From positions 32,001 through 96,000 of IMG/VR virus record IMGVR_UViG_3300032893_000012: 64,000 nucleotides of DNA; one strand, written 5' to 3'. Position numbers and translations under genes: made by a program. The notes under the pieces are model-generated. The model was given only the letters and a program-made list of their open reading frames with translations, had not been told where the DNA came from and made no database searches. This document shows, piece after piece, positions 28,926 through 38,665 of the stretch. Position 1 is the first letter of the stretch. The number at the start of each line of letters is the position of its first letter. This stretch comes from a virus.

Positions 28926-29543
28926 ATGGTCGGAATCGCGCAACACGTTCCGCTCTTCACCAAGATGGTCGATAGGTTAGCGCCGATTTCCGCCGAGCTT
29001 GCATCGGCGTTCAAGGCAGCTGGAATAGGGGTCGTCGGACGCTACCTGGAAACGCTTACTCCGTACGAACGCGACAATCTGTTCGAGGTCGGACTCGGAA
29101 TTTTACCCCTCTCGAAGGCGCCCCCTCAACCTCTCTCGGCAGCGTTCGGGCGCGCTCGTGCTGAGGAGCTACTTCAAAAAGCGTCGTTGCTCGGCGTTCC
29201 GGCAGGCGTGCACCTCATGATCGATCTCGAGGCGCAGCAGGGGGATCACACGGATGTCGTTGGCTACGACAGCGAACTTTCAACCGAGATCGCTCGCATC
29301 GGTTACATTCCGCTCGCGTACATCGGAGCCGATCAGCGACTCTCGAGCGCAGAACTGTTCACGCTTCCAGATATCCATCTCTACTGGCGTGGTGGATCGC
29401 TCGGCATTCCGGAACCGGCATGCGGGTTCGCTATTTGGCAAATTCCACCGCTCGAACAGCAGGTATGCGGTTCGATTGTCGACATGAGTCTCACTGGAGC
29501 CGATCTACGCGGACGTCGACCGATCTTCTGGTATCCAGACTAG
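28926..29543 (+). CDS. DUF1906/GH25-like glycoside hydrolase (candidate endolysin)
   Basis: FKAAG..VVGRYL...LT..E, IDLE, and AIWQ motifs typical of Rv2525c-like TIM barrels. Confidence 0.7.
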   Translation: MVGIAQHVPLFTKMVDRLAPISAELASAFKAAGIGVVGRYLETLTPYERDNLFEVGLGILPLSKAPPQPLSAAFGRARAEELLQKASLLGVPAGVHLMIDLEAQQGDHTDVVGYDSELSTEIARIGYIPLAYIGADQRLSSAELFTLPDIHLYWRGGSLGIPEPACGFAIWQIPPLEQQVCGSIVDMSLTGADLRGRRPIFWYPD

Positions 29544-30091
29544 TTCCACTGTTTTCCGTTCACTGGATTCGGACACGCTCCCTCTATGCCGACGTATCCG
29601 GTCGTGTTTCCTTCGTAGCCCCAGACGTAGTTTTTTGGATCGCTCGATGGCGTCTGTACGACATGGATCGCGGTACCGCACCCAGGAGCGACATGACAGT
29701 CTCCGCTTCCTGTGGAGGCAGTGTATGACGAGCATGCCATCAACGCTTGATATATGTTGTACGTACGCAACGGTACGCAGTCGATCCAAACCTGTCCGAC
29801 ACCGTTGTCGTGTATTACGCCCGAACAGGTCTTGGCTGCTCCACCAGTTCCGGAGCCTCCGGCGCCTTCAGACACTTTCCCAGCTTCGTTTTCGCTAGAG
29901 TCGGTGGCGCCACCTGCGGCATCACTGTCGACGGTTACCGCGTCGAACGCACCATCAGCTGGGGTTAAGCCTCCGTCGTTCTGGTCGTTACTTGGACTCG
30001 CGAAACTGGGTTCGAATCCGAACGGGGATCCAGGGTCGCAGCCAGCGACTACCAGCATGCTCAAAACCAGCTTCACCTTCATGTTTTTCAT
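29540..30091 (-). CDS. Lipoprotein with Cys-rich C-terminal domain
   Basis: Lipobox LVVAGC; DGG/GAGGSGTGG linker; paired cysteines. Confidence 0.75.
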   Translation of the reverse strand: MKNMKVKLVLSMLVVAGCDPGSPFGFEPSFASPSNDQNDGGLTPADGAFDAVTVDSDAAGGATDSSENEAGKVSEGAGGSGTGGAAKTCSGVIHDNGVGQVWIDCVPLRTYNIYQALMACSSYTASTGSGDCHVAPGCGTAIHVVQTPSSDPKNYVWGYEGNTTGYVGIEGACPNPVNGKQWN

Positions 30092-30447
30092 TTGATCTCT
30101 CCGAGCACTTCCAGATCGAACGATATCGGCAGCTTCAAATCGAAGTTTTCACAACCATCGACATGCTCCGTTCGACCTTCGCAGACAGCGCACGCTGAAT
30201 ATCCAACCGGCGCGTAAGACGAAGGCTCGCGACCGAGTTTCGTGATCACACGCTGGCGCACACGAAGTTCGATGAGTGCTTCATCGGCGGCGCGTTTCGC
30301 GCACTCACGATCGGACGTTCGCATCTCGTAGGCATACGCTCCGGTATTCTTCTGCGTCGCTTCAGACAGCAACCGCGCGAATATGTCGCCCCAAAAACGA
30401 CGCTCGATATCGTCCCTGAACTCGATCTGCTTCATGACGTGACGCAT
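30088..30447 (-). CDS. Hypothetical protein with CxxC..H..C motif
   Basis: GGAGG upstream; CAVCEGRTEHVDGC. Confidence 0.6.
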   Translation of the reverse strand: MRHVMKQIEFRDDIERRFWGDIFARLLSEATQKNTGAYAYEMRTSDRECAKRAADEALIELRVRQRVITKLGREPSSYAPVGYSACAVCEGRTEHVDGCENFDLKLPISFDLEVLGEIK

Positions 30448-30472
30448 TCTGGATACCTCCGGCGTCGATGAC

Positions 30473-30730
30473 TTATGCCTTTTCCCGAGTCAACTTCCAG
30501 ATGCTGTACGAACCCCGATCAAACAAGCGCGCGATCTCGCGGTAGCCCATGCTCTTGGTGCCGCGTAGCCATCCGTAAACCGCTCGTCGCGCGGCGATGA
30601 CAGGACCCGTGCGGGGACCCTCGTAGATCTCCTGGAGCGAGACGCGGGTCGCCTTTGCGCGCTTCTCTAGCTCGGGGCGGAGACCGCTTGAGTCGAGTCG
30701 CTTGAGGAACTTTTTGTAGGAACGCGTCAT
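30473..30730 (-). CDS. DnaA C-terminal (domain IV)-like HTH protein
   Basis: VIAARRAVYGWLR...MGYREIARLFDR matches the Bac_DnaA_C pattern. Confidence 0.65.
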   Translation of the reverse strand: MTRSYKKFLKRLDSSGLRPELEKRAKATRVSLQEIYEGPRTGPVIAARRAVYGWLRGTKSMGYREIARLFDRGSYSIWKLTREKA

Positions 30731-31716
30731 CGTGTCGCACTCCTGGTCAGCGCGGAGAGGAGCGCCTCGACGACGGTCGTCATCTCTCTGACATCACCGA
30801 GATCGATCCATTCCCCCGAATCGCTCACGCGGTATGCGTGATACGAAAGTACGTCGATGCCGCACTCACCGAGCTTCCGCCGACGGCGATCGGCGACATG
30901 GTCCCACCAAGAGATCGAGACCGATCCGTCGTCGCCCGCCGTGGCGGTGCCGGCGTAGCCCGCCGTGGCGATGCCGCCGTCGCCCGCCGTGGCGGTGCCG
31001 CGTGCGCCCGCCGTGGCGGTGCCGCCGTCGCCCGCCGTGGCGGTGCCGGCGTAGCCCGCCGTGGCGGTGCCGGCGTCGCCCGCCGTGGCGGTGCCGCGTG
31101 CGCCCGCCGTGGCGGTGCCGCGTGCGCCCGCCGTGGCGGTGCCGTCGTCGCCCGCCGTGGCGGTGCCGGCGTCGCCCGCCGTGGCGGTGCCGGCGTCGCC
31201 CGCCGTGGCGGTGCCGGCGTAGCCCGCCGTGGCGGTGCCGGCGTAGCCCGCCGTGGCGGTGCCGTCGTCGCCCGCCGTGGCGGTGCCGGCGTAGCCCGCC
31301 GTGGCGGTGCCGAACACGCATGCCACGGATGGGTAAGCCCCCTGGATCAGGGCAATCGCACCGGCGCGGTCGCCCGCGAACACCACGAAGCCGCGCGGCG
31401 CCTTCGACTTGCCGCCCCCATCTTCGGTGATCGGTACTACCTCGCTGGCAACGGCGGCCCAGACGAGCCATTTCGCATCGTCATATTTAGAGAGAAGATT
31501 CGCCTTCCCTTCGCCGCGAGGTAGGCCGTGCAGGCCATAGCCGCAGCAGTCTCGCGACGACCAGTCTGGCGCGGAAACAAGCCCGCGTTCGGGCCATGTG
31601 AAGTCGCCGTACGAGCGCATTGCAGCGGAACAAGTGCGTAGAAGGAGGAGTAGGTCATCCGGCGCGCACCTGAGTGCCGCAGCAGCTTCGTGGCGGATTG
31701 ATTTCAGGTCGATCAT
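30727..31716 (-). CDS. Phage protein with TATAGxxG octapeptide repeats
   Basis: N-terminal APDW...CGYGLHG domain plus 16 octapeptide repeats; GGAAGG upstream of ATG 31716. Confidence 0.8.
   Translation of the reverse strand: MIDLKSIRHEAAAALRCAPDDLLLLLRTCSAAMRSYGDFTWPERGLVSAPDWSSRDCCGYGLHGLPRGEGKANLLSKYDDAKWLVWAAVASEVVPITEDGGGKSKAPRGFVVFAGDRAGAIALIQGAYPSVACVFGTATAGYAGTATAGDDGTATAGYAGTATAGYAGTATAGDAGTATAGDAGTATAGDDGTATAGARGTATAGARGTATAGDAGTATAGYAGTATAGDGGTATAGARGTATAGDGGIATAGYAGTATAGDDGSVSISWWDHVADRRRRKLGECGIDVLSYHAYRVSDSGEWIDLGDVREMTTVVEALLSALTRSATR
30925..31308 (-). repeat. 16 x 24-bp tandem repeat
   Basis: Near-identical GCCCGCCGTGGCGGTGCC core with two variable codons per unit. Confidence 0.95.
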
Positions 31717-31952
31717 TACTAACTGTTCACCTTCCGTACAACATCTACGCCACCCGCGCAAGTTTCCTTCCCCACAAAGCCAGCGAGCCCCCTTTTGGAG
31801 GCTCTTTCAAGACGGACTGGATACCGCTGGTATATCCGGTAATTAGCAGGGCTGGCACGACGATATTGACTGCTGCCGCGCAAATGGCAACGGGAAAAAA
31901 TACCCGACGCCTTGACGATCCCCGGATCTCTGCGGGACACTCCTCGTACAAG

Positions 31953-32354
31953 ATGAGCCTTCCCCCGCGACGCCGAGTCGTTGCGGCTTCCGTCCGGCGG
32001 CCGCCGGCGGAGCTCCGCGCCGTGAGGGTCATCTTCGAGCACGACCCGAACCCGGAGACCTCGTACCTCGAGCAGGACGAGTTCCGGGAGCGGCGCGAAG
32101 CCTACGGGCGCGACGAGTGGTTCCTCATCGGTTGTCGCGTCGAGGCCGATGTCGTCATCGCCCCCGAGACGGTAATGCAGACGCTCAGAAGCAGCGGCCT
32201 CAACGGCATCGAGAGCGACAGCGAACAAGATGAGCTCGACGAGATTGCGCACCAGGAATGGATGCGGCTTCGTGACGTATTGAAGGCGGTGGGAGTTTCC
32301 ACCGAGCAGTTACCCCTGGAAGTCGACCGAGAGTGGGTCGAGTGGAGAGTGTGA
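31953..32354 (+). CDS. Hypothetical phage protein
   Basis: Basic N-terminus then an acidic domain (SYLEQ...SSGLNGIESDS). Confidence 0.65.
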   Translation: MSLPPRRRVVAASVRRPPAELRAVRVIFEHDPNPETSYLEQDEFRERREAYGRDEWFLIGCRVEADVVIAPETVMQTLRSSGLNGIESDSEQDELDEIAHQEWMRLRDVLKAVGVSTEQLPLEVDREWVEWRV

Positions 32355-33440
32355 ATGGCAACGGCGGTAGACAAGAAGAAGTGGGACAGTCTCCACGCGG
32401 CGTACGCGAAGGCGCACGAGGCGCTGTCTGAATATGAGCTCGCTCTCGGCTCAAAGTACGGCCACAACTTCAACGCTTCATGGCTCACTCGGGGGCAGCG
32501 TGACAAGCTCGACAAGCTTCATGAGAAGAAGAGCGCAATCGGTGACAAGATCATCGACCTACTTGTTCACGTAAGTCCACGCGGTGACAGGTGGCTCTCC
32601 GGAGTCCCGTCGTGGTGGCTCCGCGAAAGACTCACCTGGGAAGACGCCATCCGACCCGTCAACGAACCGTTGTCCGTCGTAGTCCCCGGAGCGTGGGGTT
32701 ACCCGGACGGAACCGTACAGGAGAATGTAGCAGCCATGCCTCGATCACTAAGCACCGATCCAAATCACCTTCGAGAGATTCTGGAAAAAGGCGTCGTCCT
32801 CGTAGGCGGCGAGGTCGTCGACAACAACTCGATCGATCTCGACAGCGACGAACCGGTGGTGGTTGCCATCGTCTTCAATGCCACCGGCACCGGACGCCAA
32901 CCGGGCGCGATCAGCGCCGCACAAGGCGATCATCCCGACGCCGCGCTCGAGGTTGCGCACGAGATCCTAGAAGAATGGGAACACGAACACTATGGGCGCG
33001 ACGAACACGCTACCGAGACGTTTGACGGACAAATTTGGGAGCTGCCAGTCGACGCTTTCCTCGAAGCCATCGAAGGTACCGAAGCCGAGAAACTCCTCGA
33101 TATTGTCGGGGGTGAAGACAACGAAGAGATCGACGAGGAAGAAGAAGAGGAAGTCGACGAGGAAGAGGTCGACGACGAAACCGACGAAGACGCCGATCTG
33201 AGAGAGTCATCGAGAAACGATCGCCCAGACGACATCAGAGTCTATTGGGACAGACAGGATCCTCGCAACGAAGGATGGGCGTACAACGCCTACTGGCGAG
33301 ACGAGCGCGGGCGAATCACCCACGAGGATTCAGGTCCAATCGAAGGAAGGCGAGACATGTCCGACGCGACTCTAACTAGTCGCGCCAGAGCCGCCGTCGG
33401 ATACCCCGGAACGAGAATACCGGTGGAGGTTGTAAGGTAA
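32355..33440 (+). CDS. Multi-domain protein (about 3 domains, acidic linker)
   Basis: Domains separated by TVQENVAA and DLRESSR. Confidence 0.75.
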   Translation: MATAVDKKKWDSLHAAYAKAHEALSEYELALGSKYGHNFNASWLTRGQRDKLDKLHEKKSAIGDKIIDLLVHVSPRGDRWLSGVPSWWLRERLTWEDAIRPVNEPLSVVVPGAWGYPDGTVQENVAAMPRSLSTDPNHLREILEKGVVLVGGEVVDNNSIDLDSDEPVVVAIVFNATGTGRQPGAISAAQGDHPDAALEVAHEILEEWEHEHYGRDEHATETFDGQIWELPVDAFLEAIEGTEAEKLLDIVGGEDNEEIDEEEEEEVDEEEVDDETDEDADLRESSRNDRPDDIRVYWDRQDPRNEGWAYNAYWRDERGRITHEDSGPIEGRRDMSDATLTSRARAAVGYPGTRIPVEVVR

Positions 33441-33829
33441 TGTTCCCCCTCCTCTGGCTCCTCCTCGGCGCCGGCCTCGGTACCGGCGTCACGCTCCTTG
33501 TCAAACAAGCCTCGAGCTCGACGCTGCTACCGGGGCAAGTCTGGACCGTCGTCATGCTTGCCCGTCCAACAAAGGCGTGGGTCGACATCTCGAAGGGCGA
33601 CGTCGCGCGAGCAATCAGAGCAGCGCTGGCGAACATCGGCGTTTATCCGATCGATGCATTTTGGAGCGGCAACTACCAGCTCACTGTAGCGGTCTCCGTC
33701 ACCGCAACGACTGAGCTAAAAACGGGTGCTGCTCTCACGCTCAATTCCGAATGGGCTGACCAGGCAACGATCACCAGCATCAATCAGGCGCCAGCGTCAG
33801 TGCCGGTTCAGATCCCAAGATTCCCCTAG
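33440..33829 (+). CDS. N-terminally anchored membrane protein
   Basis: MFPLLWLLLGAGLGTGVTLLV; TAATG coupling. Confidence 0.65.
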   Translation: MFPLLWLLLGAGLGTGVTLLVKQASSSTLLPGQVWTVVMLARPTKAWVDISKGDVARAIRAALANIGVYPIDAFWSGNYQLTVAVSVTATTELKTGAALTLNSEWADQATITSINQAPASVPVQIPRFP

Positions 33830-33841
33830 GAGTGATAATTC

Positions 33842-34192
33842 ATGGCCGAATGGAGCAGAGCGCACGCCGACAAGTACGCCAACCAGATCGAAGATCTAGA
33901 AAAGCGGCGATTGATCTCGGCCAAGAAGTTTCGCAAAGAGGTCTCGGGCATGATCAAGCAGTTCGTCGCTGACGATAACGAGCTTCTTCAGAAGATACTC
34001 AACTACGAAAACAAGTTAGAGGAATGGGGGATCACGTCCCTTGCCTCTAAAGACGAAGTCGATTCGAGTTCACTCAGTGAACCGCGGGACTACGTCGTGG
34101 ACCAGATCGAAGAAGACGTGTTCGAAGATCTCAGAGAACAGATCGAAGAAGCGGATGAACAAGAAGAAGAAGATGACGAGGAGGGAGACTGA
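33842..34192 (+). CDS. Acidic hypothetical protein
   Basis: AGGAG upstream; Glu/Asp-rich C-terminus. Confidence 0.65.
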   Translation: MAEWSRAHADKYANQIEDLEKRRLISAKKFRKEVSGMIKQFVADDNELLQKILNYENKLEEWGITSLASKDEVDSSSLSEPRDYVVDQIEEDVFEDLREQIEEADEQEEEDDEEGD

Positions 34193-34473
34193 TGCACCTA
34201 TCCGGAGGATTCGAAGATGCTCCAGGTGAGACGGTGCGCCCCCCATGCGCCGCTCTGCCCTCCGGGCAAGCTGCGTACAATCTGATCTCCGGTGACTGGG
34301 GTGCGTTGCTACCTACGATCGGGACTACTGCCGCGCGCGCCGCACTGATCGGAGTCGGAATGGCGGTCGCTGGCGAACGAAAACATCTCGTGCGCAACGC
34401 AGTCGGCGGCGCACTGGCGGTCGAGGGGTTCGTGCTCCTGTGGGCCGCTGTGACACGAAACGCACGGACTTGA
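34192..34473 (+). CDS. Small membrane protein
   Basis: MHLSGG start, two hydrophobic helices. Confidence 0.6.
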   Translation: MHLSGGFEDAPGETVRPPCAALPSGQAAYNLISGDWGALLPTIGTTAARAALIGVGMAVAGERKHLVRNAVGGALAVEGFVLLWAAVTRNART

Positions 34474-34484
34474 GAGGCAAAAAA

Positions 34485-35294
34485 ATGGCAACGCGCAAAA
34501 AGAAGAGTTCCCGCAAAAATGCGACTCATCGAGAGCCGGCAGACGAACACGCAGCAACCGAACTGGTCATGTTCATCGAGAACACCTCTGACCTGTCTCC
34601 CGACGGACCTAGCGGACAGGGTCACAGTGTTCTCCTGAACGCGCTCCGCAAGTGGCGCAAGGGCACCTACGACCCGACCATGGCGGTGCGTCTCTTCGAG
34701 TACCTCACCGAGGCGGGGGCGAAGCGATATCAGAAAGAATTCGGCTCCGACTCTCCGATATTCAATCCAGCGACCAGACACGAGGCTGCGCGGCAGCTCG
34801 AGGCTAGCTTTCGTAGCTCCGTCGAGCGCGGGGAGTACGACCATGTCGATACGCGCGTCGGAGCGCGCTCGGAAGAAGTGAGCGAGGCGGCGCGTAACCC
34901 ATCTCCACGCGGACTGGTGCGCGAGCGTGGAGGTGATCGACCGATCGGGATGACCTACGGCACCCTTCCTCCCTTCGAAAAATTCGAGCGCGATATCCGC
35001 CGCCCGAATCCCGACGAGAGTGACGGAGGCGCCTACTGGCCGCCGGGGACGATCTATCCCATGGAGCTCGTCGACGCGCACGAAATCGAGCTCGCCGAAG
35101 ATTACGGTCTGAATGAGTTCGAAGCCGAGCGTCGAAAAACTGGGCGTCACAGCGGCGTTCGCGGGTTTCGAGGAAACGAAGAAGAGATTTACGGATTTCT
35201 CAAGCACCTCGTCGAATGCCTCAATGACGGCGACGACGGAGCTGGCGATCTCGCATCATCGATCATGACCACCCTCGGCTACGAGTGGATCTGA
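34485..35294 (+). CDS. Two-domain protein with basic N-terminus
   Basis: GAGG upstream; ELVMFIEN...KGTYD...KEFG domain; linker VSEAARNP..LVRERGG. Confidence 0.7.
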   Translation: MATRKKKSSRKNATHREPADEHAATELVMFIENTSDLSPDGPSGQGHSVLLNALRKWRKGTYDPTMAVRLFEYLTEAGAKRYQKEFGSDSPIFNPATRHEAARQLEASFRSSVERGEYDHVDTRVGARSEEVSEAARNPSPRGLVRERGGDRPIGMTYGTLPPFEKFERDIRRPNPDESDGGAYWPPGTIYPMELVDAHEIELAEDYGLNEFEAERRKTGRHSGVRGFRGNEEEIYGFLKHLVECLNDGDDGAGDLASSIMTTLGYEWI

Positions 35295-35305
35295 GGAGAG
35301 CACCA

Positions 35306-37444
35306 ATGGCAAAGCGATACATCGGCGACGCGGTCATCACGATCGCGTACAGGGACCAGGGGGACTACGCAGGAACGATCAGGGCCGGCGGGTACACGTG
35401 GCGGTTCGACAACCTGTGGCCCTCTCAGAGCGGATTCGGACCTGGCATCGGGTACGACTCGCCCGAGGCCTACGACCAGATGGCGCAGAGCGCGGTCAAC
35501 TTCGGGTCTAATCCGTCTGAAGAGAGCTGGTCTCCTTCGGAGGAGGTGGCGAGCGCCATTGCAGATGCGACACAGGGAGCGATGGATGATCAGGGGAACT
35601 ACGAGGTGAGGCGGAGCGCGAAGGGGATGGCGCGTGAGGAGTCATCCCATCGAGACGGCTACTACATAGTCCAAAGGCGGCTCAGGAATGGGCGCGTAGT
35701 AGAGTTCGAATTCAATCGCGATGAGAAGGACGAAGCGCTCGCCGATGCGAAGAGGTTGGCCGCTGCCGCCGATCCTGGTGAGGTGGTACGTCTGCTAACG
35801 CTCGACAACGAGCTAGTATGGTCGTCGGCGCAACTTAACGAAGCGCCGACCCATCACGTCGCCGACTTCAGCACCCTCGACGACCTAGTCGCGCACGCGC
35901 GCCAAGAAGGCGCGACGCACGTGCTTCACATCGACGACGAGATCCATCTCTACTTCAAACGTCGCGATGGTCGCTACGAGAAGTCGGAGGTCTGGCAGAA
36001 GGACGGTTACTGGCACACGCAGGGGCCGGGGTCGCGGGCCGTGGTGAGTCGGCCGCCGACGAATGCGCAACCAATCGGAGAACAACGGCGGACGGCGGAG
36101 ACAGTAGCGCGCAAGCCGCGCCGGCGAGAACCTTCGACCGTTAGGCGAGCCGAAACGGCCGGCATCGAGTACGCCAGCGAACAGATTGGCAGCGAGCACT
36201 TCATGAACTGGGTCAACGACCAGCTCGTCGAGGCGAGTAAGATGGATCCGTCCCGGGTTCACCCGCTCGAGACGAAGGCAGACGCCGCGCGGGCCGCGCG
36301 CGCAATGCTTCAGCAGCTCGAATGGGATACGAAGCGAGATCTCAAGGCAACCGATATCGAAAGGCAGCTCGGTATCGATCGCGCCACATCGGATGTGATC
36401 AGCGCGTTCAATGAAGGACTTCACCGCGGCCTGAGCAATCCATCGACGGTGGATTGGCTCGCTGAAGAGATTTTGGAACAGAACAAGGGATTACGGGGTG
36501 GGGGCGCCAAAGAGACAAGACGACACTCCGGCCCTCAACCCAACTCGGAAAATCGCGCGCGTCTCGCTGGATACATCGCACACGCGGTCATGTACGACGT
36601 CTCAACGTCGCCGAACGATCTCGTCAGGGCCTATCACCTCTCACCGGAGGAGGCGCAAGCGGTACTGTCTGATCAAGGCGGTTGGTTCGGTCCGGGCGGA
36701 AAAGGATACGCCGCCTACGTCAAGCACATCGAGAAGGTACTCAAGAACAAGGAGTGGTTCTCGGCGCCGGATCCGAAAGCTATTCCTGGCGCGGCGCGTG
36801 CGTACGGGCGGTATGTATGGCTACTCGAGAATGCTGCTTCCGGAGACCAAGGACGCAAAGATAAGTCAGACACGGAGGAGCTCCAGCGAGAGCTCTCCAA
36901 TGTCGGATTCAACGGATGGGGGCTCGCTATCGACAACTGGCCCGAGGCACAACGCTACTACGACGCCGCTCCGAGCGTGTACCGTCGCCACCGTGGCGAA
37001 GTGCGTGAGAGCTCCACCGTCCGCGACTACATCGCCGTCGACCGCAACGACCGCAAGGTCGCCGGCCCCTTCCGGAGCCGTGGCGAAGCCGACAAGCACG
37101 TACCGCCGGGCGGCTACGTCAAGTTCTCCTCGTCGCAGCATAGGAAGGCGCCGCCGCCGCCTTCGTCGTATCCAATGTTTCGAGAGGGCGACGGAATAGC
37201 TGAACGCCTGCTTGCCGCTGGGGCTAAGACATACGCCATGATGCCAGACGCTGTCGCCAGCGTCCGCGGTTTCAACCCGGCACAAGCGATCTTCTTTGCG
37301 ATGACTTCTAGGCGGAAGGACGCCCGTGTAGCCGCTGCGGCTATTGGCAAGAGTGAAATGGAGCGAACCGCACGTCGGATTGGCGGTGTAGTCAAGCTCG
37401 GCTACGTAGTAGATGGCGTCGCGTACGTTTTGCCGAAACCATGA
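35306..37444 (+). CDS. Polyvalent multi-domain protein (~712 aa)
   Basis: GAGGAG upstream; about 7 short domains joined by MAREES, LNEAP, TAETV, AKETRR, VRESS and FREG linkers. Confidence 0.8.
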   Translation: MAKRYIGDAVITIAYRDQGDYAGTIRAGGYTWRFDNLWPSQSGFGPGIGYDSPEAYDQMAQSAVNFGSNPSEESWSPSEEVASAIADATQGAMDDQGNYEVRRSAKGMAREESSHRDGYYIVQRRLRNGRVVEFEFNRDEKDEALADAKRLAAAADPGEVVRLLTLDNELVWSSAQLNEAPTHHVADFSTLDDLVAHARQEGATHVLHIDDEIHLYFKRRDGRYEKSEVWQKDGYWHTQGPGSRAVVSRPPTNAQPIGEQRRTAETVARKPRRREPSTVRRAETAGIEYASEQIGSEHFMNWVNDQLVEASKMDPSRVHPLETKADAARAARAMLQQLEWDTKRDLKATDIERQLGIDRATSDVISAFNEGLHRGLSNPSTVDWLAEEILEQNKGLRGGGAKETRRHSGPQPNSENRARLAGYIAHAVMYDVSTSPNDLVRAYHLSPEEAQAVLSDQGGWFGPGGKGYAAYVKHIEKVLKNKEWFSAPDPKAIPGAARAYGRYVWLLENAASGDQGRKDKSDTEELQRELSNVGFNGWGLAIDNWPEAQRYYDAAPSVYRRHRGEVRESSTVRDYIAVDRNDRKVAGPFRSRGEADKHVPPGGYVKFSSSQHRKAPPPPSSYPMFREGDGIAERLLAAGAKTYAMMPDAVASVRGFNPAQAIFFAMTSRRKDARVAAAAIGKSEMERTARRIGGVVKLGYVVDGVAYVLPKP

Positions 37445-37716
37445 CTCTCGCCCAGATCAAAAAACTGCTCGACCGCGTAGAAGAAGCAGCCGCGCAGGTC
37501 TCGGACGACATCGAACAAGCCACCGACATCGCTGCCTCGCAAGCGGCTTTGCACGAGCTGGCACAGCAGGCGCGCACGCTGGCGTCGCGTGCCCAAAAAA
37601 TCGTCGACCTCCTGAGAGAAAAATCGGACGAGTGCACCACCGCTGCCGACTCGGCGGAAACGCTTGTCGGCGATCTCGAAGCGATCGCCGATCAGCTGGA
37701 AGGATTCGAAGATTGA
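37441..37716 (+). CDS. Helical acidic protein
   Basis: 91 aa, ATGA coupling. Confidence 0.6.
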   Translation: MTLAQIKKLLDRVEEAAAQVSDDIEQATDIAASQAALHELAQQARTLASRAQKIVDLLREKSDECTTAADSAETLVGDLEAIADQLEGFED

Positions 37717-38660
37717 TTCGCCTCGTCGGTACGTGTCCCGTCTGCGAGCGCCAGCAAAAGGTGACGCCGCAGCATCGGATGGTTCATCACGGCTACCGTC
37801 GGCCTGGCGTCGGTCACATCTTCGGTGACTGCCCTGGCGTCGGCTGGCCGGCTTACGAGATCTCGTCCGAAGGTTGCGTAGCGTACCGCGAGGGACTCAA
37901 AGAGACTCGATCGCTCCGTGAAGAGGCGCTCCGACTTCTTCGGATGCGCCCGGAAAAGATAGATGTCTATTCGAGCTTCTCAAAAAAGTACAATACGTAC
38001 CGCCGCGACCCTGAAGACCGAAACGAAAGCTACAACTATGAGCAAGCACTGCGAAACAGGATCGCAGAGATCGAGTACGAGATTCGCGCCATCGACGCAG
38101 CGTTACTTCGGATGACGGAGCTCATCGAGCGGTGGGCGCCGGCGCCCCTCGTCGAGATCGACGAAGAGGGTCTCACGCCAGCGAGACGCGAAGAGCGCGC
38201 CGCCCGCAAGACCGAACGCGACACCAAACGCGCCGAGCGACTCGAGAAGCAAGCAGCGACGCGCGCGAAGCAGAACGAGCGCATGGCGCGCAAAGCGACG
38301 ACGCTACTCTTCTTCTTCAACGAGTTCGAGCGTCTCGCGGCGCTTCCACCGAGCAAGGCGCGCGCCGACTACGCGCGCGACCTGATGTTCGAGGCGAACA
38401 AGACAAAACATAAAATCAACTATCCGTGGGATCTTCACGCGATGAAGTTCGAGATACCCGGCCCGTGGCAACAGCTTCACGCTCGCGCACAGAGAACGCT
38501 CGTCGCTCTCGGCCTCGCGCGTCCGTGGGAACACGGCAACGGAATCGAAGTCCTCCAGGTGTACAGACCGTGCGGGAACAAGATCGTCGTTCCGTCCCTC
38601 GACCGCCCCGCCGGTGAAGTGCTCGATGACATCGCGCACATGCCTCCGCCTAGAGAGTGA
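37713..38660 (+). CDS. Zn-finger (CxxC..HHG..C) and coiled-coil protein
   Basis: GTCPVCER...MVHHGY...GDCPG; probable TTG start overlapping the upstream stop. Confidence 0.65.
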   Translation: MIRLVGTCPVCERQQKVTPQHRMVHHGYRRPGVGHIFGDCPGVGWPAYEISSEGCVAYREGLKETRSLREEALRLLRMRPEKIDVYSSFSKKYNTYRRDPEDRNESYNYEQALRNRIAEIEYEIRAIDAALLRMTELIERWAPAPLVEIDEEGLTPARREERAARKTERDTKRAERLEKQAATRAKQNERMARKATTLLFFFNEFERLAALPPSKARADYARDLMFEANKTKHKINYPWDLHAMKFEIPGPWQQLHARAQRTLVALGLARPWEHGNGIEVLQVYRPCGNKIVVPSLDRPAGEVLDDIAHMPPPRE

Positions 38661-38665
38661 AGCCA

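Noticed and set aside
30925-31308. Possible CRISPR array
   Set aside because: Tandem in-frame coding repeats with no unique spacers and no cas genes.
30834-31524. Alternative-frame repeat ORFs (PPWRCRRR, VARRGGAG, RHRHGG)
   Set aside because: By-products of the 24-bp repeat; only the TATAG frame has a Shine-Dalgarno and a flanking domain.
34131-35207. 358-aa minus-strand ORF
   Set aside because: Antisense to the coupled plus-strand genes and has no motifs.
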